Source: an uncultured bacterium (GTDB lineage: Bacteria; Verrucomicrobiota; Verrucomicrobiia; Verrucomicrobiales; DEV007). Taken from it: 64,000 nt of DNA. The DNA lies in assembly GCA_963977015.1 (NCBI GenBank), contig CAXBMO010000005.1:292422-356421 (forward strand), written 5' to 3'. Made by a program: the position numbers and the translations under genes. The stretch's first letter is position 1; every line of letters starts with the position of its first letter. Positions 18,831 through 28,473 of this stretch are shown here, piece by piece. The notes below the pieces were generated by a model. It worked only from the letters and a program-made list of their open reading frames with translations, did no database searches and was not told the origin of the DNA.

Positions 18831-19823
18831 ATGATTTCTTCAAAACCTGATAAGGGTCAGAAGTTGGTTCTACGCTTTTACGCGTTGATAGTCTACATGG
18901 GTTTTGGCTTGCTTGGCTCTCACTCGCTCGCCAGCAATTCCATCATGACTCCGATGTCTGACGGATTTGATTTTCCAGTCGGTTTTCCGGATGCCTACGG
19001 TTACTACAAGGCGCGCGGCTTCCGCCCCAACGGTCACCTCGGCGAGGACTGGAACGGGCGCGGAGGCGGAAATACCGACCTCGGAGATCCTGTCTACTCC
19101 ATCAGTCACGGTGTCGTGGTCTACTCCGATGACTTCAAGACCGGTTGGGGAAACGTCGTCATCGTTCGCCATGCCTATCGATCGACGGACGGTCGTGTCC
19201 ACTACATTGATTCGCTCTATGGCCATTTGGACAAGCGCTACGTCAAACTTCACGAACAAGTCAGGCGAGGCCAAAAAGTTGGGACGATTGGAACAAATCG
19301 CGGGATGTACCTCGCCCACCTTCATTTTGAGATTCGCAAAAATCTCAACATCGGCATGAGTCGCTCCCGCTATAAGGGGGATTTCTCCAATTTTTATAGC
19401 CCATCCAACTTCATTGAAGACCACCGGACCCTGCGCAAGGAGTTCCGCCCCCACCGAATCGCGGTCGACAATTTCAACAGCGGAGCCAAGAACTATCAAC
19501 AAGGTGAACCTCTCAAAAAGCTACCGGAATTGCCAACGGCAGACCGGATGGCCTCGCTCGACATTGACGACAGCCTGAAATCCATTCTCGAGCGCCACCA
19601 ATTGATGCGGGCACCGGCAGATGCAGATGCGAAGGACAATCAACCTCCGCGAACCATGTTTGGAGGCGCCGTTCGACCAGAACGGCAGGAAGATCCCCCC
19701 GAAGATCGTGCTGAGCGCGACAAGATCCGTTCGTTCTGGACGGATTTCCGGGAAACCCTGATTGAGGATGAGGAGGACGCCCCCGTCGCACCTGAGTCCG
19801 ATCCCAAGCAGGAAGACGCCTGA
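18831..19823 (+). CDS. M23-family peptidase (paralog of upstream gene)
   Basis: HLGEDWN, YGHL, HLHFE; long stretches match the upstream M23 protein. Confidence 0.88.
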   Translation: MISSKPDKGQKLVLRFYALIVYMGFGLLGSHSLASNSIMTPMSDGFDFPVGFPDAYGYYKARGFRPNGHLGEDWNGRGGGNTDLGDPVYSISHGVVVYSDDFKTGWGNVVIVRHAYRSTDGRVHYIDSLYGHLDKRYVKLHEQVRRGQKVGTIGTNRGMYLAHLHFEIRKNLNIGMSRSRYKGDFSNFYSPSNFIEDHRTLRKEFRPHRIAVDNFNSGAKNYQQGEPLKKLPELPTADRMASLDIDDSLKSILERHQLMRAPADADAKDNQPPRTMFGGAVRPERQEDPPEDRAERDKIRSFWTDFRETLIEDEEDAPVAPESDPKQEDA

Positions 19824-19854
19824 TCCACCGATCCTCGCCGTGACTTGTTGAGGA

Positions 19855-22194
19855 TTACTGAAAATCCAGCGGGATGGTCAGTGCATCCCAACGCCTGAGA
19901 AATCCGGGCAAATCCTGCAATTCCTCAGAAAGTCGTTCCGCGTAGCGCTTGTCACCGACGAGCCACGCATAAAATGCGGCCGCCTCTCTGCCCTCATCCG
20001 GAAGATCGGGGATCACCGTCTCCTTCCCGATATCCAACAAGCTGGTCGGCTCAATCGTTGCAAGCTTGAGCGTCGTATCTCCGAAGCCAAGATCGACAAC
20101 CAGCGTTTGGCGGTCGGCGCTCACTATCCTTGCTGTAAACGGGCTGCCCTGTTTCCGGCGGATTTCCCCTTCGTAACGATACATGCCGATCCGGGCAGCG
20201 AAGGAGGGAAAGAATTTTCCGGCGGATTCCCAGCTTTCCGCATTGCTCAAGCAAATCCGTTTACCGAGCGCCGTTTCCACCTTCACGTTCCGCCAGATTT
20301 CTGCGCCTTCAGAGAATTTGAGCTCGGCAGGCAGTCCACTCGTTGCATCGAAGGCTTCCTGAACCTTCACTCGGTCGCGATCCTCGGCCTCTTTCTTGGC
20401 CATCGCAGTGAGTTCCTCCAGTCGCGTCTGCGCATTAGACAACCGCCGATCAATGACTCCGCCGCCCCGCTCCCCTCCAAGCTGCTCCTTCGCCTTCTTC
20501 AGCTCAGCAATCAGTTTCCGGAGCTGGGCAGGAGTCATCTCATCAGACGGCCTGGGAAGACTGACCAACAGCGTCGCATCCTCCAAATAGGGCTTCGCAC
20601 TGGATTTATAGCTACCCATCCAGCTGAAATTGCCGGGAAACGTAGCCTCGGAATAAGCCGTCAGAAAACGGTGCGCTGGCTGAAATTCGTCATGAAGCCA
20701 ATTCTTGATTCCAAAGGGAAGATGAAGCAACGCCAATCCTTCGCCCTCCGATTGCTCGAGTAAGTCGACACCAACCGGCCCTTCATTCGAACACAGCTTG
20801 GCGGCGGCGGCGAGAATAGCCTGGTCACTTTTCGCCAAGCCTGAGGAAAGCTCTCCACAGGCTTTGAAATGGGCAATGGAAGCCGCTTCGTCATCATCAA
20901 GGAGGTCCAATAACCCCAAGTGGAATTCAGACCAGGCTTTCAGATCCTTCCGGGCTTTCTCGGATTCCACCACTTCCGCAAACAGTTCTCGAGCTTGCTC
21001 TCGTTCTCCGGCAGCCAGCGCCTTGCGGGCCGTCGCCAACTGACGAATCAACCTCGTTTGCTCTGCACTGACGATCACCTCGCCAACTCCCGGGCCGATT
21101 GCCGCAGAGCTATTCGATATCTCGACATGCTCAACCTTCTCGCGCCCAACAAAGAGCAGGGCACTGATCCCGCCAACAAAGCCAATTGCAACCAGAACCC
21201 CTCCCAGCTTGAGCCAAAGTGGAACACCGCCGGTTCCAGTCGATTCCACTTCAAAACCGGGATCAATTTTTTGGCGGATTTTCGCGATGTCCTGACTCAA
21301 ATCGGCATAGGAGGATTGCCGCATTTCGGGATTGTTGGCCATCATCCGGTGAACCAGCGCCGCCGTTTCACTCCCCACATGAGGAGCCGTTGACTTCAAG
21401 TTCACCGGTTGCGCTTTCAGAGCAATCAACTCGTCAATCGAGTTGGTGTTGGCTTCAAATGGAGGCGTTCCAGCAAGCATGTGGAAGAGCGTCGCTCCCA
21501 AACTGTAGATATCGCTGCGAAAGTCTTCCGGACGGCCGACAAGCTTCTCCGGCGGAACGTAAAATGGGGTCGCCCACAGTTCCGCGGCCTGCTCTTCCTC
21601 CCCTTGCACCAGGGCCAATCCAAAATCGACCAACTTGGCCGTGCCTTCACGGTCGACGAGGATGTTTCCAGGCTTGATATCCCGGTGAATCAGTCCTCGC
21701 TCCTGCGCAGCGGCCAATCCGTGTGTCACGTCATGAATGATGCGCAGCGAGTTGATTTCGTCGATCTTGCCCTGCTCAATGATCTGCTGGTCCAAACTCG
21801 CCGTCTCCAGCAGCTCCATCGCGATGAAGAAGTAGCCCTGATCAGCCCCCACAGAATAAACTTTCACCACGTTGGGATGATTAATCGAAGCCGTAACCTT
21901 TGCCTCACGTTCGAATTGTGACTGAAGCCCCGGATTGTCGCCAAAATGCGTGTGCAGAATTTTAAGCGCGACCTCACGCCCCAACGTGTTATCCTGTGCC
22001 CGAAATACCCGGCTCATTCCGCCCTCACCCAACTCCCCCAGAATCGTGAAGTGATTGAAAGCGTTCCTCACTCGAATCGCTTCTTCACAATGGGGACAAA
22101 TGATCTTTTCATACGGCCGAACTTGGGTCACATCGATGACCTGCTCACATTCGGGACAAGAATTGAGAATTTGGGATTGGTTGGGTTCGGACAT
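19855..22194 (-). CDS. Membrane Ser/Thr (Hanks-type) protein kinase with N-terminal zinc ribbon
   Basis: CPEC/CPHC, GEGGMS, VALK, HRDIKPGN, DFG, SDIYSLG, one TM, helical C-terminal region; start set at MSEPN to avoid overlapping the divergent gene. Confidence 0.9.
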   Translation of the reverse strand: MSEPNQSQILNSCPECEQVIDVTQVRPYEKIICPHCEEAIRVRNAFNHFTILGELGEGGMSRVFRAQDNTLGREVALKILHTHFGDNPGLQSQFEREAKVTASINHPNVVKVYSVGADQGYFFIAMELLETASLDQQIIEQGKIDEINSLRIIHDVTHGLAAAQERGLIHRDIKPGNILVDREGTAKLVDFGLALVQGEEEQAAELWATPFYVPPEKLVGRPEDFRSDIYSLGATLFHMLAGTPPFEANTNSIDELIALKAQPVNLKSTAPHVGSETAALVHRMMANNPEMRQSSYADLSQDIAKIRQKIDPGFEVESTGTGGVPLWLKLGGVLVAIGFVGGISALLFVGREKVEHVEISNSSAAIGPGVGEVIVSAEQTRLIRQLATARKALAAGEREQARELFAEVVESEKARKDLKAWSEFHLGLLDLLDDDEAASIAHFKACGELSSGLAKSDQAILAAAAKLCSNEGPVGVDLLEQSEGEGLALLHLPFGIKNWLHDEFQPAHRFLTAYSEATFPGNFSWMGSYKSSAKPYLEDATLLVSLPRPSDEMTPAQLRKLIAELKKAKEQLGGERGGGVIDRRLSNAQTRLEELTAMAKKEAEDRDRVKVQEAFDATSGLPAELKFSEGAEIWRNVKVETALGKRICLSNAESWESAGKFFPSFAARIGMYRYEGEIRRKQGSPFTARIVSADRQTLVVDLGFGDTTLKLATIEPTSLLDIGKETVIPDLPDEGREAAAFYAWLVGDKRYAERLSEELQDLPGFLRRWDALTIPLDFQ

Positions 22195-22216
22195 GCGCCA
22201 CCTTTGAGAAATCAGG

Positions 22217-23149
22217 ATGGCCGAAGAAATGCAAGAACTGATTGTCCTGCAAGTCGAAGAACTCGACCATTGTAGAGACCGTTTAGACCAATACCTTGTC
22301 AAAAAATTGCCCGAAATTTCACGCTCGCGACTGCAGAGCTTGATTCGGGGCGGACATGTTTTGGTCAACGATCAGGCTGTGAAGCCGAAGCTAAGCGTGG
22401 AACCGGGCGATCGCATCGAAATTTCCTTCCCTCCTCCCGAAAATTCCGGCATTACGCCGGAAGAGATTCCCCTCGATATTCTGTTCGAGGACGATGACCT
22501 CATCGCAATCAACAAAGCGGAAGGAATGGTGGTTCATCCTGCGGCCGGGAACCCGGGTGGAACCCTGGTCAACGCGCTGCTTCATCATTGTAAGGGGAAC
22601 CTTTCCGGAATCGGCGGTGTCGAGCGACCGGGAATCGTCCATCGCCTCGACAAGGACACCAGCGGATGCATCATCGTCGCGAAGAATGACATCGCCCACA
22701 ATTCATTGTCTTCATCGTTCGCCGAACGAACGGTGAAAAAGCAATATATCTGCGTTGTTACCGGAAAAGTCCGCAAGCCGTCCGGCAGAATTGAGAATTT
22801 CATCGGGAGAAACCCCGGCAATCGCCAAAAGATGGCAATTGTTGATGAGCGGCATGGGCGGGTTGCAATCACCGAATGGACCACCATCCACGAAGGAGAG
22901 GACTTCAGCACGATTCGCTGTCACATCCTCACGGGGCGGACCCATCAGATCCGTGTCCACATGGCTTATGAACTTGGTCATGCAATCCTCGGTGATCCCA
23001 TCTACGGGAAACGCACCCTGCAGCGAGAGGACTCCACCCGATTGATGCTTCACGCCTGGCAACTAACAATACAACATCCGATCTCCGGCCAGCCCCTGGA
23101 ACTGGAAGCCCCTCTTCCCGCCGACTTTGCACGGTTCCTGCCTACCTAG
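22217..23149 (+). CDS. RluA/RluD-family pseudouridine synthase with S4 domain
   Basis: RLDQYL S4, GIVHRLDKDTSG, TGRTHQIRVH, LHAWQL. Confidence 0.95.
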   Translation: MAEEMQELIVLQVEELDHCRDRLDQYLVKKLPEISRSRLQSLIRGGHVLVNDQAVKPKLSVEPGDRIEISFPPPENSGITPEEIPLDILFEDDDLIAINKAEGMVVHPAAGNPGGTLVNALLHHCKGNLSGIGGVERPGIVHRLDKDTSGCIIVAKNDIAHNSLSSSFAERTVKKQYICVVTGKVRKPSGRIENFIGRNPGNRQKMAIVDERHGRVAITEWTTIHEGEDFSTIRCHILTGRTHQIRVHMAYELGHAILGDPIYGKRTLQREDSTRLMLHAWQLTIQHPISGQPLELEAPLPADFARFLPT

Positions 23150-23212
23150 AGCGACTGAGAGGGCTTAATTTAAAGATTAACCGACTTTCCAATCGTGCTG
23201 ATCTGTTTTTCT

Positions 23213-23241
23213 TTGCCAAATCCTAGGAGGTTGGCTAGCGT
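23213..23241 (+). promoter_or_regulatory. Putative sigma70 promoter with imperfect palindrome
   Basis: TTGCCA-17 bp-TAGCGT; spacer forms GCCAA-A-TCCTAGGA-GG-TTGGC. Confidence 0.45.
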
Positions 23242-23363
23242 GAGAGTCGCACAATATTACTGCCCCCGTCTTGAGCTAAGAAAATTCAACCCTTCACAGC
23301 TCTCGCCTAACCCGTGCGATAGCCTTTGAGAAGAGGCTACTCAACCAAAACCAACCAAGTAAA

Positions 23364-24140
23364 GTGGCCACAAAAACAAAAAAGAAGGCGGCAAAAACCC
23401 CGCCCTCAAGGAAAAGAAACGATCAGTCGGTCAAGAACATCAAGCGCATTGATTCGACCAAAACCCACGGCTGGCAGGTTCATGTCCGGCGTGGAGGAGT
23501 GCTGAAGACCAAGCTCTTCAGTGATCGTGTTCACGGAGGAAAACGCAAAGCCCTCGTCGCCGCCAAAGAGTATCGCGACGAGTTGTTGGATGACATGGCT
23601 CATCTCGCGAAGCCTCTTTGGAAAATCGACCGCAAACCCAAAACCAATACCGGCGAGCTTGGCGCTTCGAAAACCGAATACACCAACCGCTCCGGCAAGA
23701 AGCGCACCGTCATTACAGTTACGGTTCGTGAAGCACTGGGTAAGCCTGTGAATCGCAAGTTCTCAGTAGACAAACTTGGCTACAAAGAAGCCCTGAAACA
23801 GGCGGTTGCATGGCGCAACGAAGTTCTCGCCGCACGCGAAGCTGCTGAAGAAGGCGGATCACCAATCCCTCCAAAACCCAAAGCTGCACCAAAGCCCAAG
23901 GCAAAAGCAGCTGCCAAACCCAAGGCAAAAACCGCAGCGAAGCCGAAAGCCAAGACGGCACCAAAGCCAAAAGCCAAAACAGCTGCGAAGCCCAAAACAA
24001 AGGCTGCCGCAAAACCCAAAGCCAAGGCAGCTTCCAAGCCTAAGCCAAAACCGAAAGCAAAGGTTGCCGCAAAGTCCAAAGCGAAACCCAAAACCAAACC
24101 GAAGGCGAAAGCCAAGGTAAAGAAAGCGAAGAAGAAGTAG
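23364..24140 (+). CDS. AP2-like DNA-binding protein with histone H1-like K/A/P-rich tail
   Basis: Two AP2-like units (GWQVHVRRGG..KLFS..GGKRKALVAAKEYRD; RKFSVDKLGYKEALKQAVAWR) and about 90 aa of PKAKxAAK repeats. Confidence 0.7.
   Translation: MATKTKKKAAKTPPSRKRNDQSVKNIKRIDSTKTHGWQVHVRRGGVLKTKLFSDRVHGGKRKALVAAKEYRDELLDDMAHLAKPLWKIDRKPKTNTGELGASKTEYTNRSGKKRTVITVTVREALGKPVNRKFSVDKLGYKEALKQAVAWRNEVLAAREAAEEGGSPIPPKPKAAPKPKAKAAAKPKAKTAAKPKAKTAPKPKAKTAAKPKTKAAAKPKAKAASKPKPKPKAKVAAKSKAKPKTKPKAKAKVKKAKKK
23870..24137 (+). repeat. Degenerate 24-bp (8-aa) coding tandem repeat
   Basis: PKAKAAAK / PKAKTAAK / PKAKTAPK / PKTKAAAK / PKAKAASK units. Confidence 0.85.
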
Positions 24141-24189
24141 TCGCAGAGACTCACCCCAGAGTCTTCCCCCTGAGGTGAGACTTTTCAGG

Positions 24190-24234
24190 CCTGGCGTCTT
24201 CAATCCGGCTTAGTCCGGATGCGCCAGGTTTTTT
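24190..24234 (+). terminator. Rho-independent terminator
   Basis: CCTGGCG...CGCCAGG stem with inner ATCCGG/CCGGAT, followed by T6; lies between convergent genes. Confidence 0.75.
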
Positions 24235-24254
24235 GATGTCCAGGATTGGAGCCT

Positions 24255-25292
24255 CTAGAGCTTGATTGCCGTCATGTAGCCGCGATCCGCTGCGGTCATT
24301 TCAGACCGAACCTGACCGAACCCCACTTTCTCAAGAATACTTTGGTATTCTGAAATCGCATAGCACTTCCCTTGGGTCACATTCATGAGCAACGCGGAAT
24401 ATTCGGCCACCTCAATCGGCCCGGATTTATCTTCATTCAGCAATGCTTCATGAATGACGATCAGTCCTCCGGCGGGAAGGAATTCCGCCGAACGCTGTAG
24501 TAAGGCCTCCACCTCCGGCTCCTCCCAGTCGTGGAGAACATTGGAGAACAAGTGGACGTCCGCAGCGGGCCACGGACCGGTAAACATGTCGCCCTCGGCA
24601 ACGGAGACTTGATCCCCGCATTTCCTTTCTGCGATCGCTTCCCGAGCAATCGCGTCAACCGGCGCCTTTTCCAGAACCGTCGCCTTGAGCCCCGGATTCA
24701 ATTTTGCCAACACGCAGGCATAGATTCCGGATCCACCTCCGATGTCGAGGACGTGAGTTCTTCCTTCCACATCCAATCGCTTCGCAAAATGCTGCCCCAG
24801 ATACAGCCCCCGGCAATCCATCGCAGCGGTGAACATCTTGGCGAAGTCTTCGCGCTCCATCGCGGCATGCCAATCCTCTTTTTCGCGTTCGCTACTCCCC
24901 CAACTGGTCGGCTTTCCGCTTTTCAGCACCTTGATCATGTCCTTGAGAACCGGCCGGTCGCTCAATGAACCGTAATAGGGCCCCATAAACCATGGCGAGC
25001 CTTTGACCAGAAACTCCCGAGCCTGATCCGTGTTCTGGACCTGTTCCCCTACCCGCTTGAGATATCCATTGGCAACAAACAAGGTAACCATCACGTCAAC
25101 CGGTCGAGACGCGAACCCGAAATGCCGGCAGATGTCGGCTTCCGAAACTGACTCCTGCGAATCCAACCACGTGAAAAAATCAAATTCAACGATGGCCGCC
25201 CCCAGGAGATCGACCGCATAGAGCCGGTCTCGATAACGGAAAACGGAACTGGGGTCGGAGACGGGAAACTGATTGGGATTGAAGTCCGGCAT
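24255..25292 (-). CDS. SAM-dependent O-methyltransferase (family 2, with dimerisation domain)
   Basis: VLDIGGGSG, GDMF, SNVLHDW. Confidence 0.88.
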   Translation of the reverse strand: MPDFNPNQFPVSDPSSVFRYRDRLYAVDLLGAAIVEFDFFTWLDSQESVSEADICRHFGFASRPVDVMVTLFVANGYLKRVGEQVQNTDQAREFLVKGSPWFMGPYYGSLSDRPVLKDMIKVLKSGKPTSWGSSEREKEDWHAAMEREDFAKMFTAAMDCRGLYLGQHFAKRLDVEGRTHVLDIGGGSGIYACVLAKLNPGLKATVLEKAPVDAIAREAIAERKCGDQVSVAEGDMFTGPWPAADVHLFSNVLHDWEEPEVEALLQRSAEFLPAGGLIVIHEALLNEDKSGPIEVAEYSALLMNVTQGKCYAISEYQSILEKVGFGQVRSEMTAADRGYMTAIKL

Positions 25293-25309
25293 GGCGGAAC
25301 TTCAACCGC

Positions 25310-25762
25310 TCAAGCCACTTCGCAATCCGGACATACGCCAAAAAATTCGAGCTCGTGATAGAGCTTGCGAAACCCTGATTTCTCCGAGATTTCGCGTTCC
25401 AACGCTTCCACGGGACAGGAAATTTCCAGCGCATCAATGCTGCCGCACTCTGTGCAGATCAGGTAATCATCGTGGCGATCAGGATAGCGCATCGTAAAAT
25501 AGGCCGAGCGCTCGTGAAGTCCGAGCCTCCGAATAATGCCGTGCTCTTCCAAGCGAATCAACAGGCGATAAACCGTTGCCTTGTCGCACTGGTCCTCCAT
25601 GGCGGCACCAAGGTCGTTCAGCGTCATCGGGCGTGACTTTGCGACCAGAGACTCGAGCAGCATTTCCATCGCCTTGGTTCTCCGCAAACCACGATCACGA
25701 CACTGCTGTACAGCCCATGCCACAATTTCCTCCGGACTCTGATCTGTTTTCGAACAACTCAT
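25310..25762 (-). CDS. Fur-family transcriptional regulator
   Basis: GLRRTK, DKATVYRLL..L...GII, LICTECG, FFGVCPDC; start MSCSK overlaps the upstream stop. Confidence 0.88.
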   Translation of the reverse strand: MSCSKTDQSPEEIVAWAVQQCRDRGLRRTKAMEMLLESLVAKSRPMTLNDLGAAMEDQCDKATVYRLLIRLEEHGIIRRLGLHERSAYFTMRYPDRHDDYLICTECGSIDALEISCPVEALEREISEKSGFRKLYHELEFFGVCPDCEVA

Positions 25763-26676
25763 CTGTTTACTTGAACCGGAAGATAGCCCTTCTCTTCCAA
25801 CATTTCGATCACACTCTGATCGCCCACCAAATGTCCGGCTCCGACAATAAACATCGCGTTCCCTGGTGTCTTCAATTCGTCTTCGATCGGCTGGATCCAA
25901 CTCGCATTGCGATCGTGAAGCAAAATCTTGGTTAACGTGGCATTCTCCTCATCATCAAAATACTTGTTGAGAAGTTGATCCAAACCTTCCGCATCTCCGC
26001 TTTTCCAAGTGTTGATCATATCGCCCAACATCTTTGGCGTTTCCTCGACCTGTTGAAGCGTCATCTTCAACAAGTTGTCCTGTTCCTCCTTTGAGAGCCG
26101 GTTAAAGAGGCCGATTTGGAACTCGGTCGTCTCCAATCCTTTGACGGGCTTTCCATCTTTTCGCGCCTTCGCATCAAAGACTTTCTCGACGCCCAGATCC
26201 GGGATGGCTCCAATTTTCATCGCTTCCAGAGAAGTGATCGTCATGGCCAACATTCCGGGCGTAAGCCGCTCAAACATGGCCGCCATGGCTCCCATTTCCT
26301 CGCCGGCCTCATCAAGATAGGCCTGGAGTTCCGCATAGGTTTCTTCCGAAATGAGATCCTTAATCATCCCGCCATCGGGAATCATGCTCATGGTCATGAC
26401 CTTCATTTTCGTGGCCATTGAATCCATTTCGGCCATATCGACTTCAAAGTAGACGCGATCAGAATCCTTGTAGACCCGGTCATACGCCTTCGGAAGCGGG
26501 TGATCCTGCTCCCTCAACAGGTGAACCGACCCCGCTAGATAAACCGTCGACTCATCTCTCTTCAGCTTCCAGATCGTCGCTTTCTCTTCGGCCTGAGAAG
26601 AAGCCACCATTCCCAAAAAGGAAGTGACAAACGCGAAGGAGAGAAGCAGGAATTTGGGACGAGGAGACGACATCAT
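25759..26676 (-). CDS. TraB/GumN-family protein
   Basis: Signal peptide, YLAGSVHL, GLET..Q, RNASW, IVGAGHL. Confidence 0.9.
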   Translation of the reverse strand: MMSSPRPKFLLLSFAFVTSFLGMVASSQAEEKATIWKLKRDESTVYLAGSVHLLREQDHPLPKAYDRVYKDSDRVYFEVDMAEMDSMATKMKVMTMSMIPDGGMIKDLISEETYAELQAYLDEAGEEMGAMAAMFERLTPGMLAMTITSLEAMKIGAIPDLGVEKVFDAKARKDGKPVKGLETTEFQIGLFNRLSKEEQDNLLKMTLQQVEETPKMLGDMINTWKSGDAEGLDQLLNKYFDDEENATLTKILLHDRNASWIQPIEDELKTPGNAMFIVGAGHLVGDQSVIEMLEEKGYLPVQVNR

Positions 26677-26769
26677 GAACGGGAGGGGTTTGGGAACTTA
26701 GACTTCGCCTTGGTCCGGATCGTGGTCAAAGAAATTTGCTTCCGTCGCAGAATCCCGTTTGCTGCCGAG

Positions 26770-27384
26770 ATGAAAGCCCCATTTTTTTTCGCCTCTTTAA
26801 TGTTTCCAGCGCTGATCGCGGCTGAAGAAGCGAAGTGGATCCCGTTGTTTGACGGGGAATCAACGACAGGCTGGACTCCACGCGCTGAGGTCGTCCGTTT
26901 TGAGGCGAAAGATGGTGAACTTCAGGTTTACTCAAAAAAGAACGTCTGGGTGGTTACCAAACAGGAATTTGGCAACTTTATTCTGGAGGCGGAGGTGCGC
27001 GTGCCGGACGACGCAGCAGGATCTGGATTCAATTCAGGATTGGCGTTTCGTTGCACCGGCGACGGGAAACCCAAGGGATACCAGTTGGAGATCGATCATC
27101 GGAAGCCCGGAGGTGTTTACGGAATTGGCCTGGGCGGCTGGCTTTATCCCACGGCCGAAACCACCGCTGAATACGCCAAACGCTCAGCAGGAGCTTTCAA
27201 GCCCAGGGAGTGGAACCTTCTCCGCGTCGTTTGCTCGGGCCCACGAATCCAGACCTTCGTCAATGACGTGCTGATTACTGACATCGAAGATTCCCAGTCC
27301 CTGAAGGGATTTTTCGGAATTCAGCACCACGGCAAAGGCGATGTGGTGAGATTTCGCAATTTGCGGGTTCGAAAAACCGATTGA
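26770..27384 (+). CDS. DUF1080 (3-keto-disaccharide hydrolase-like) protein
   Basis: WIPLFDGES..GW, NSGLAFR, GYQLEI, WN, GFFGIQHHG..VRFRNLRV. Confidence 0.9.
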   Translation: MKAPFFFASLMFPALIAAEEAKWIPLFDGESTTGWTPRAEVVRFEAKDGELQVYSKKNVWVVTKQEFGNFILEAEVRVPDDAAGSGFNSGLAFRCTGDGKPKGYQLEIDHRKPGGVYGIGLGGWLYPTAETTAEYAKRSAGAFKPREWNLLRVVCSGPRIQTFVNDVLITDIEDSQSLKGFFGIQHHGKGDVVRFRNLRVRKTD

Positions 27385-27438
27385 ATCTCGCCAACAGATG
27401 GTGGATTCCACCACCAAACGCCTGCTTTGTAGTTACCG

Positions 27439-28473
27439 ATGCACAAACCCAAGATCGCCATCACCATGGGAGACCCGGCTGGAGTCGGGCCAGAAATCTG
27501 CCTTCTCGCTTTAACCAATCCAGACATTTACTCTGTCTGCACGCCAATCGTGTTTGGTGATGCTCGAATTCTGGAACGTGCGGCTGAAGAGATTGGTCTC
27601 GAACCACCCGAGCACGTGATTCCTGCCGATGAATGGGAGAAAAGCCATGAACTCTATGAAAAGCCTGCGGTTCTGGATGTGAATTCCATGAACGCGGAGG
27701 AGCTGATCCCGGGTCAAGTCAGCGCCCAGACGGGCCAAGCTGGTTACGACTACATTCTTCGGGCAATTCAAGCAGCCAAGGCTGGTCATGTTGACGCGGT
27801 CACCACGGCCCCGATCAACAAAGAGGCCCTCCGCGCTGCGGGAATCGATTATCCGGGTCATACCGAGATTTTCGCCGCGGAGACTGACACAACCCGCTCC
27901 TGCATGATGTTGACGAGCGAACCCCTGACCTGCTCCTTCGTCACGGTTCATGTCGGCTATTACGAAGTTCCAAGCCTCATCAACACCCAACGCATCCTGG
28001 AAGTGATTGAACTCAGTCACGACGCCCTTCGCAAGATCAAGGAAACGGATCCCAAACTGGTTGTCTGTGGCTTGAACCCTCACGCCGGTGAACACGGGCT
28101 TTTCGGAAACCAGGAGGAGGAAAAGTTCATCATCCCAGCCATCGAGGCAGCCCGCGACAAGGGAATCCAGATTGAAGGCCCACTTCCCCCCGACACCGCA
28201 TTTTTGAATTGGCGACGGGATCAGACCGACGGATTCATCTGCATGTATCATGATCAGGGCCATATCCCTCTCAAAGCCCTGGCTTTTGACGAAGCGATCA
28301 ACATTACCTTGGGGCTGCCGATCGTTCGCACGTCCGTCGATCACGGCACCGCGATCGATATCGCCTGGCAAGGGAAAGCCAATCCGAACAGCCTGTTCGA
28401 GGCGATTTTCCTGGCCACAAAGCTGGCCCCCAAGCCAGAGACTGAACCCGTGAGCGCTCCTGCGAACGCATGA
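27439..28473 (+). CDS. pdxA: PdxA-family dehydrogenase (probably PdxA2 type)
   Basis: ITMGDPAGVGPE, PGHTE, GLNPHAGE, MYHDQG, RTSVDHGTA. Confidence 0.92.
   Translation: MHKPKIAITMGDPAGVGPEICLLALTNPDIYSVCTPIVFGDARILERAAEEIGLEPPEHVIPADEWEKSHELYEKPAVLDVNSMNAEELIPGQVSAQTGQAGYDYILRAIQAAKAGHVDAVTTAPINKEALRAAGIDYPGHTEIFAAETDTTRSCMMLTSEPLTCSFVTVHVGYYEVPSLINTQRILEVIELSHDALRKIKETDPKLVVCGLNPHAGEHGLFGNQEEEKFIIPAIEAARDKGIQIEGPLPPDTAFLNWRRDQTDGFICMYHDQGHIPLKALAFDEAINITLGLPIVRTSVDHGTAIDIAWQGKANPNSLFEAIFLATKLAPKPETEPVSAPANA

Noticed and set aside
23870-24137. Periodic repeats as a CRISPR array
   Set aside because: Degenerate in-frame coding repeats without unique spacers; no cas genes
25759-26676. TraB as a conjugation gene
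   Set aside because: TraB/GumN family is a widespread chromosomal protein; no type IV secretion genes in the window
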